Below, piece by piece: positions 59,001-64,000 of a stretch of DNA of 64,000 bases. The stretch is taken from contig OZ024749.1 in the NCBI GenBank assembly GCA_964016885.1, forward strand, positions 40,858,001 to 40,922,000, read 5' to 3'. Each line of letters begins with the position of its first letter. Position 1 is the first letter of the stretch. Below the pieces are notes generated by a model. It searched no databases. It was given only the letters and a program-made list of their open reading frames with translations, and was not told where the DNA came from. Made by a program: the position numbers and the translations under genes. This DNA comes from Eledone cirrhosa (taxonomy: Eukaryota).

Positions 59001-62000
59001 ATCTGTTCATAAGGTGTCATATTAGTGACATGAAGGACAAAGATACTAAAGCCTTAAAAGACAACATCTGGTCATAAGGTGACATACTAGTGAAAAAAAT
59101 GGCAAAAAGTTTACCAAGAGAAGTGGGGATTTCACTCTGGGACCTTTCATAATTTTGGTACTGACGCAGGACTTCCTGGTAACGTTCTTGGATCTGGCGC
59201 CGCCTGCTTCTCAAATCTGGACGGAGTCTGCAAACAATGTATATATATATATATGTCATAAGAGGTAACTAAAAAGGTTGCAACAGGACAGGTCGTAATT
59301 GTAAAACACTACTTCAAAATGTATGAAGTCTGTCATGGTGCCTGCAAAGCTAAATGTTGCTTTAGCAGGGGAAATAGGCTTTAAAACACGTGTAGTAATA
59401 TGTAGGACAACTGGTTATATTAGTGACATAATGGACATCTGGTTATAAGGTGTCATAATAGTAACATAAAGGACATCTGGTTATATTAGTGACATAAAGG
59501 ACATCTGGTCATACAGTGTCAAACAAGACAAACAAGATGTGAAGCAAACCATGTTTACCCAGTTGTGTTTCTATTCCCTATGTGAATCCGGGGTTGAATG
59601 GTGGTGTTGTTGGCTATCCCAGTGTAGAGATAGTGACCAAGGGGATCGAAGCAAAGCCATCTAGAAGGAAAAGGGGATAGAATCGGAAAGAAAACATTAA
59701 ATTCACGTTTTATACGACCTTTATTCAAAACGGCAGAGGAAATAAATGGTGGGAGTGGGGCAGATGATAGGGCAAAATGGGAGAAAACTGTCATGAGGCC
59801 TGCAAGGGATATAGAGGAGATCAGTGAAGAGGCCATAAGGATGTGATGAAAGAAATAGCAATTCAGTAATTAATTCTTCACATCATGTAATGATATAGTA
59901 GGAAACATTTCAAAATGTTAATAGTGGACAGATCAGTGTGAAAATTTGCAGCATTAGAGTAAAGATTGTAATTGTTTAGGGGATACAGTCATAGTACTAT
60001 GTGTATTGTACTTTTCAAGTATGTCTTGCTTATGCAGTTTCATGTTCATTCAAATGATTATAGTATCTTTATTAGCGAACAGATTGTTATGAAATTTTGT
60101 ATTATTAGAGTAAAGACTCCAATTTTTAATGTGATGTAGTCATAGTGTTATTTTGTGCTTTTAAGGATGAATCACTAATGTGGCTTCATGTGGTACAGGA
60201 TGTTAAGAGTTTAGAAGAAAAAAAACTATAAGTGTAAAACTATAAGTGTAGTGTATATGTACTCATCTTACTCTTTCAAAACTCTGAGCCATGTGTTGCT
60301 AATGTGATTTCATGTAGTACAAAATGTTAAGAGCTTAGAAGAAAAGAACTATATGTGTATGTGTACTCACCTGACCCTTTCAAAACTACGAGCTGTTTTA
60401 CAGCAAGCAAATGGCTGGCTTTTACTCCAATCCCAAAAGTAAATCTCATCTGCAGTGGCAAAGACTAACACATGGTCTGTTGGGTGAAACGCTAATGTGG
60501 CTATTACAGAGCCATGTGGTGCCGTCCACACTTCACTACCACGACCCTGAAATGGAAGAAAATACAACATGAAAAAGCAGCTTATCAATTGGACATACAA
60601 CAAAACAGCCTAAAGTTTGTTTCAAGCCCTGAGGCTCATTAGGTCGGTGCTTATTACAGTTTCCTTAGTGTTAAGTGACAGAGTACACGACTTACTCCTG
60701 GACCAGGATGCCGGTCTATTGCAAGGTTAAATCCCCAGTTAGTACTTATTTTCAGTTGAGTAAACTCAAGCAAAATGAAATTAAGTGTTTAGCTCAAGAA
60801 CACATCACACAATCTGGTCTGGGAATCAAATCCACAACATTATGACTGTAAGTTCAACACCCTAACTATTAGGTCAAGTGCCTTCACAGATCTTCAGCAC
60901 TTTAATTTAAAATGTTTGGTGGACTGGCATGTAATGGAATAAACCTTTGTTGGTTTTGAATGATGAATGTACCAGCAGTTTGATTAATGATATAGCCTGC
61001 TCATGAAATAGTGTTGAAGTGGCTGAGCATTCCAGACATTTTTACCCTTAATGTGATTATCAGAGACCCAGTGTGACTAAGCTGACCTTTGGAATTACAG
61101 GTACACTTCATATGACAGGCTTCCAAACAGTCTCCGCCAACCCAATTTCATTCACATGGCTGAGTTAATCTAAGGCCATGGTAAATGACAAATGTCTAAG
61201 ATGCCACACAGAAGGATTGAACCTGAATATATATGTTATATTGTGAATTATATACACAAGTGAACAAAGTTCTATTGCCCAGTTGCAAGACAGTACAGAA
61301 AGATGTAAAGAGATATACCTTGTATCTATGTACATGTGTGTGACTATATCTGTACATCATCATCATCTTCGTTTAACGTCCATCTTCCACGCTAGCATGG
61401 GTTAGACGGCCATGTGTGTATGATTATATATCTGTACATGTGTATGTAACCATATATCTATGTACATGTGTATAACCTTATATTTATGTACATATGTGTG
61501 TGTGTGTGTGATCTTATATCATGTGTGTGCATGTGACCAAATTTCTATCTACTTATGTGTGTGTTGACATGTATATACAACATACAATATATGTTGAATA
61601 TATATGATGAGTGTGTGCATATGTATGAGAGAGAGACAGAACTGTGATAACAGGTGACAGGTGTATTGACACCAAACAAAAGACAACTACATACACATGT
61701 TCACTTATATTTCAGTCCCATATTCTGTCCTCTCATCCAAGAGAACATCATCTAGAAACACAGATTCACTTACATGTAAGTCCCAGATTCTGACCTCTCT
61801 TCCAAGACAACAACAACAACTCCAACATCTAGAGACATAGATTCACTTACATGAAAATCAATAACATCTAGAAACACAGATTCACTTACATGTAAGTCCC
61901 AGATTCTGACTTCTCCTCCAAGACAACCAGATGCCAAGATGTCATTAGCTGAAGGATGGAACGCAAGGCACCACGGTGTTCTAGGATGTCCCTGCAGGAT

Positions 62001-63812
62001 GTGTGTACATTTTCGTGTTACAATATCAGTAATACGTACTGAGTGATCACCATGAGAGGAAGCCATTCTTGAGCTGAACAAAGACAAAATTATCATCATT
62101 ATTATTATTTCTTTTAGTGTGAGAGGCTCAAAAAATTGTTTTATAGTATTTAATTACGACTTTCTATAGTTTGGTTTCAAATATATATAATGGTTATATA
62201 TTATATTAAATTACATTAACCCTTTAGCATTTAAACCAGCCATATCCAACCAGAATTCTCTTATCTCTTTCTGTTCAAACTGGCCACTCATCATCATCAT
62301 CATCATCAACGTTTAACGTCCGTGTTCCACGCTTGCATGGGTTTGGACGGGGGTAGTCCCACTTGAGGCAAGAGTGATTGTCTTGCTCGCATAGGACTGT
62401 CTGGCAGGTTTTCTACAGTTGGATGCCCTTCCTAACACCAACCACATTTACAGTGTGGGTCTGGGAGGTTTTTACCGTGTTGCCTACACGGCCACATTAC
62501 AGCGTGGACTGTGTGTTTTTTTGTCGTGACACCTACACGATCTCATTTGTTTCGGCCTCGATGGCGCGGCACCAACATAACTTTACATAGAACGGGGTGG
62601 TGTGGATCGGGTGGGGGTGGTGGGACGGGGTGTATTTGTTAGAGATGCCTACTGGCTGGAGTAGGTTTTACTATATATTTAGGTAAGGCGGGTCTTCTCT
62701 GTTACTGAGTACCGCCAAAGGTCTCGGTCCAGTGACATTGTCTTGGAGAGGTGTAAGTGTGTGATGTCGGAGTTTATCAGCTCGTCCCAGGTTTTTCTAG
62801 GTCTGCCTATTCCGTGACTACCGTCTATCTTTATTGCCCTGCACTTTGTTATACAGCTATCGACTTTCATGCGCATCACGTGTCCATACCAACGTAGCCT
62901 TCTCTCGAGTAAACAACATCTGATCCCTCTTATCTCTAATTTATTCCTTAGTTCGTTTATGCTTTGCCGTTCACGTATATTACTGTTACACATCCAGCGG
63001 AGCATGCAAGCTTCGTTCCTCTCTAGTCTGCGTATATCCTCTGCACACAATGCCCAGGTCTCACTGCCATGCAGCATTGCTGTTCGTATGCAGGCATCGT
63101 ACAACCTGCCTTTCATTTTTAGTGAGAACCCTTTAGCAGCTAATAGTGGTATAAGCTCTCTGAACTTTTTCCAACCAGTTCTGACTCTAGCTACAGTACT
63201 TTCAGAGCACCCTCCCCCACTGCTGATTTTATCGCCCAGGTAACGGAAGCTGTCCACTATTTCTATAGAACCCTCTGCGCAATTGAAAGAGCTAGTAGTT
63301 TGTGGGCACTTGCTGCTACTTATTGCACCAGAGCACCGGCCACATGTAAAATCTATGTTCTTAGTTAGCCTACCTGTGATCCCACTACATCTTTTATGCA
63401 CCCATACTTTGCATTTAGGACATAAAATGGAGTTTCTACCTACGCCTTTCCTACACACCGAGCACGACCATTTCCCAGAAGGGACCGCCGCCTTGTTTTC
63501 TTTCCTACAAACTAGTACTTTGGTCTTAGCCAGGTTAATTTTAAGTCCTTTTGACTCTAGGCCGTGCTTCCATGTTTGGAATTTCTTCTCTAGCTCGGCC
63601 ATTGTTAAGGTATTGTTCTCAAAATATATAATACCAAAATCTCATGGATTCAATATTATGCGAGGTAAATCCTTTACCATGAAAATACAATAGTAAATAT
63701 AGATTAATGTAAATGGTAAAGGATTAAGTTTATGGAGAAAGAGAGATTCTTACCCATCAGGACTGAAGTCCATGAGAAATGTGGCTCGGCAGTGACCAGA
63801 GAGTTCACATGG
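43998..63812 (-). CDS. AMBRA1: AMBRA1 (activating molecule in BECN1-regulated autophagy 1, DCAF3), spliced CDS, 5' end off the right edge
   Basis: 14 GT-AG exons, 7077 nt in frame to the stop. N-terminal WD40 segments (TFLMDFSPD, GHPRTPWCLAFHP, ASGCLGGEVRIWDLH, EIYFWDWS, FDPLGHYL) and C-terminal segments (HRIQRWDF, ASCDISQDG, RGFPDD, SVNSAKWLP, YGTNRGNL) match remembered human AMBRA1. Confidence 0.95.
44353..44544 (+). mobile_element. piggyBac-type MITE family A (best-preserved copy)
   Basis: Perfect 14-bp TIR CCCTTTAGCATTTA / TAAATGCTAAAGGG with TTAA on both sides. Confidence 0.82.
45069..45208 (-). CDS. AMBRA1: AMBRA1 exon (HVSDITH...YGTNRGNLHICWP)
   Basis: AG at 45210-45209, donor gtaagt at 45068. 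Confidence 0.92.
45329..45531 (-). mobile_element. piggyBac-type MITE family A, reverse copy
   Basis: TTAA-CCCTGTAACATTTA ... TAAATACTAAAGGG-TCAA. Confidence 0.75.
45735..45943 (+). mobile_element. piggyBac-type MITE family A
   Basis: TTAA-CCCTTTAGCATTTA start; right TIR eroded. Confidence 0.75.
45981..46037 (-). CDS. AMBRA1: AMBRA1 exon (MVAQIYQLSQEFAGEQSMK)
   Basis: ttcag at 46039-46038, donor gtaaga at 45980; resembles human MVAQVFRLQQAHGGETSMR. Confidence 0.92.
47174..47271 (-). CDS. AMBRA1: AMBRA1 exon (PNVISVSISP...VFTTNQ)
   Basis: AG at 47273-47272, donor gttagt at 47173. Confidence 0.92.
47702..47887 (-). CDS. AMBRA1: AMBRA1 exon (SDNVIVPHCKLHNGASCDIS...FTKGF)
   Basis: tttag at 47889-47888, donor gtaagt at 47701. 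Confidence 0.92.
48043..48310 (-). mobile_element. RTE 3'UTR/tail fragment
   Basis: (CAT)n-gttttacgtccgttcttccacgctagcatggg...; aligns by eye with 62288-62560. Confidence 0.75.
48774..48884 (-). CDS. AMBRA1: AMBRA1 exon (AFLGRGEIAVATNII...RWDFKKLELPDLTY)
   Basis: AG at 48886-48885, donor gtaagt at 48773. Confidence 0.92.
50020..50162 (-). CDS. AMBRA1: AMBRA1 exon (LLRLQERILQR...AAINRAIA)
   Basis: acag at 50164-50163, donor gtaatt at 50019; phase 2-1. Confidence 0.87.
50590..50851 (+). mobile_element. RTE 3'UTR/tail fragment, opposite orientation
   Basis: ...cccatgctagcatggaagatggacgttaaacg(a/g)a(gat)n; reverse complement of the 62288 tail region. Confidence 0.75.
51730..51808 (-). CDS. AMBRA1: AMBRA1 exon (ESARLSTEAREEISRNLQREVSTQT)
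   Basis: ttctag at 51810-51809, donor gtaagt at 51729; phase 1-2 is required to bridge the flanking exons. Confidence 0.82.
52475..52672 (-). mobile_element. RTE-tail repeat fragment
   Basis: (CAT)n-cgtttaacgtcc...tgcttgca...cccttcctaacaccaaccac; similar pieces at 6176-6380, 51130-51300 and 61356-61410. Confidence 0.65.
53020..53211 (+). mobile_element. piggyBac-type MITE family A
   Basis: TTAA-CTCTTTAGCATTTA ... GTTAAAGGG-TTAA. Confidence 0.78.
53284..58635 (-). CDS. AMBRA1: AMBRA1 giant internal exon (5,352 nt, Ser/Asn/Thr-rich disordered region)
   Basis: Uninterrupted ORF; ttttgcag at 58637-58636, donor gtaagt at 53283; phase 1-1. Confidence 0.87.
58852..59034. repeat. 41-bp tandem repeat, about 4.5 perfect copies, with degenerate relatives at 58670-59090 and 59410-59520
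   Basis: gtgacatgaaagacaacatctgttcataaggtgtcatatta starting at 58861, 58902, 58943, 58984 and 59025. Confidence 0.92.
59115..59227 (-). CDS. AMBRA1: AMBRA1 exon (LRPDLRSRRRQIQ...IPTSL)
   Basis: tgcag at 59229-59228, donor gtaaac at 59114; phase 2-1. Confidence 0.85.
59559..59660 (-). CDS. AMBRA1: AMBRA1 exon (WLCFDPLGHYLYTGIANN...)
   Basis: ttctag at 59662-59661, donor gtaaac at 59558. Confidence 0.9.
60371..60546 (-). CDS. AMBRA1: AMBRA1 WD40 exon (GRGSEVW...FWDWSKSQPF...ERVR)
   Basis: ttcag at 60548-60547, donor gtgagt at 60370. Confidence 0.93.
61890..62073 (-). CDS. AMBRA1: AMBRA1 WD40 exon (SRMASSHGDH...EVRIWDLH)
   Basis: ttcag at 62075-62074, donor gtaagt at 61889. Confidence 0.93.
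62220..63723 (+). mobile_element. piggyBac-type MITE family A split by the RTE LINE (halves 62220-62291 and 63601-63723)
   Basis: Left half ends ggccactcat and right half resumes ttgttaaggtattgttctc; these are nearly contiguous in intact copies (ggccactcatactgatgttaaggtatt). Confidence 0.8.
62288..63600 (-). mobile_element. 5'-truncated RTE-clade LINE: C-terminal RT/thumb with a Cys-rich finger, 3'UTR and (GAT)n tail
   Basis: Intact 307-aa ORF 62679-63602 (GLKINLAKTK, FRYLG, MLHGSETW, RLRWYGHVMR, GRPRKTW); (CAT)n on plus at 62288-62308; splits a MITE. Confidence 0.92.
63754..63812 (-). CDS. AMBRA1: AMBRA1 exon (PCELSGHCRATFLMDFSPD)
   Basis: ttacag at 63814-63813, donor gtaaga at 63753; resembles human ELPDSPRSTFLLAFSPD. 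Confidence 0.9.
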
Positions 63813-64000
63813 CTGTAAAACAAGAAAATATTTGTCAATGAATTTATCAAAACATACAAACTTGTTTCCAATACACTTCTCTACCTCTCTACACCACTAC
63901 CTACAAACAGATCAACAGGAAAGGGGGGGGGGGAGACTCTATACCAGTATGTGAAAGCATACTGGTATAGAGCCTTCACTTGTTGCTCTCGTTAGTTATC

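Overview
AT-rich, microsatellite- and retroelement-dense animal genomic DNA. The repeat landscape suggests a cephalopod such as Octopus, but this is inference. Two spliced genes lie in tandem on the minus strand. (1) AMBRA1: 14 visible coding exons from 63812 down to the stop at 43998, with the 5' end off-window. It has a split WD40 propeller, a 5,352-nt low-complexity exon, and C-terminal LIR and TQT motifs. (2) SAP130 (Sin3A/HDAC subunit): 14 visible coding exons from ATG 16154 down to 574, with the 3' end off-window. Its probable non-coding first exon and CCAAT promoter lie near 36.6-37.1 kb. All exon borders were read by hand as GT-AG with consistent phases. Introns carry a young 5'-truncated RTE LINE nested in a piggyBac-type MITE, nine copies of that MITE (eight next to exons), a non-autonomous Helitron, mariner-type MITEs, SINEs, minisatellites and fold-back hairpins. 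No prokaryotic features, CRISPR arrays or true tRNA/rRNA genes were found. Family assignments rest on remembered protein and repeat motifs, not on database searches.
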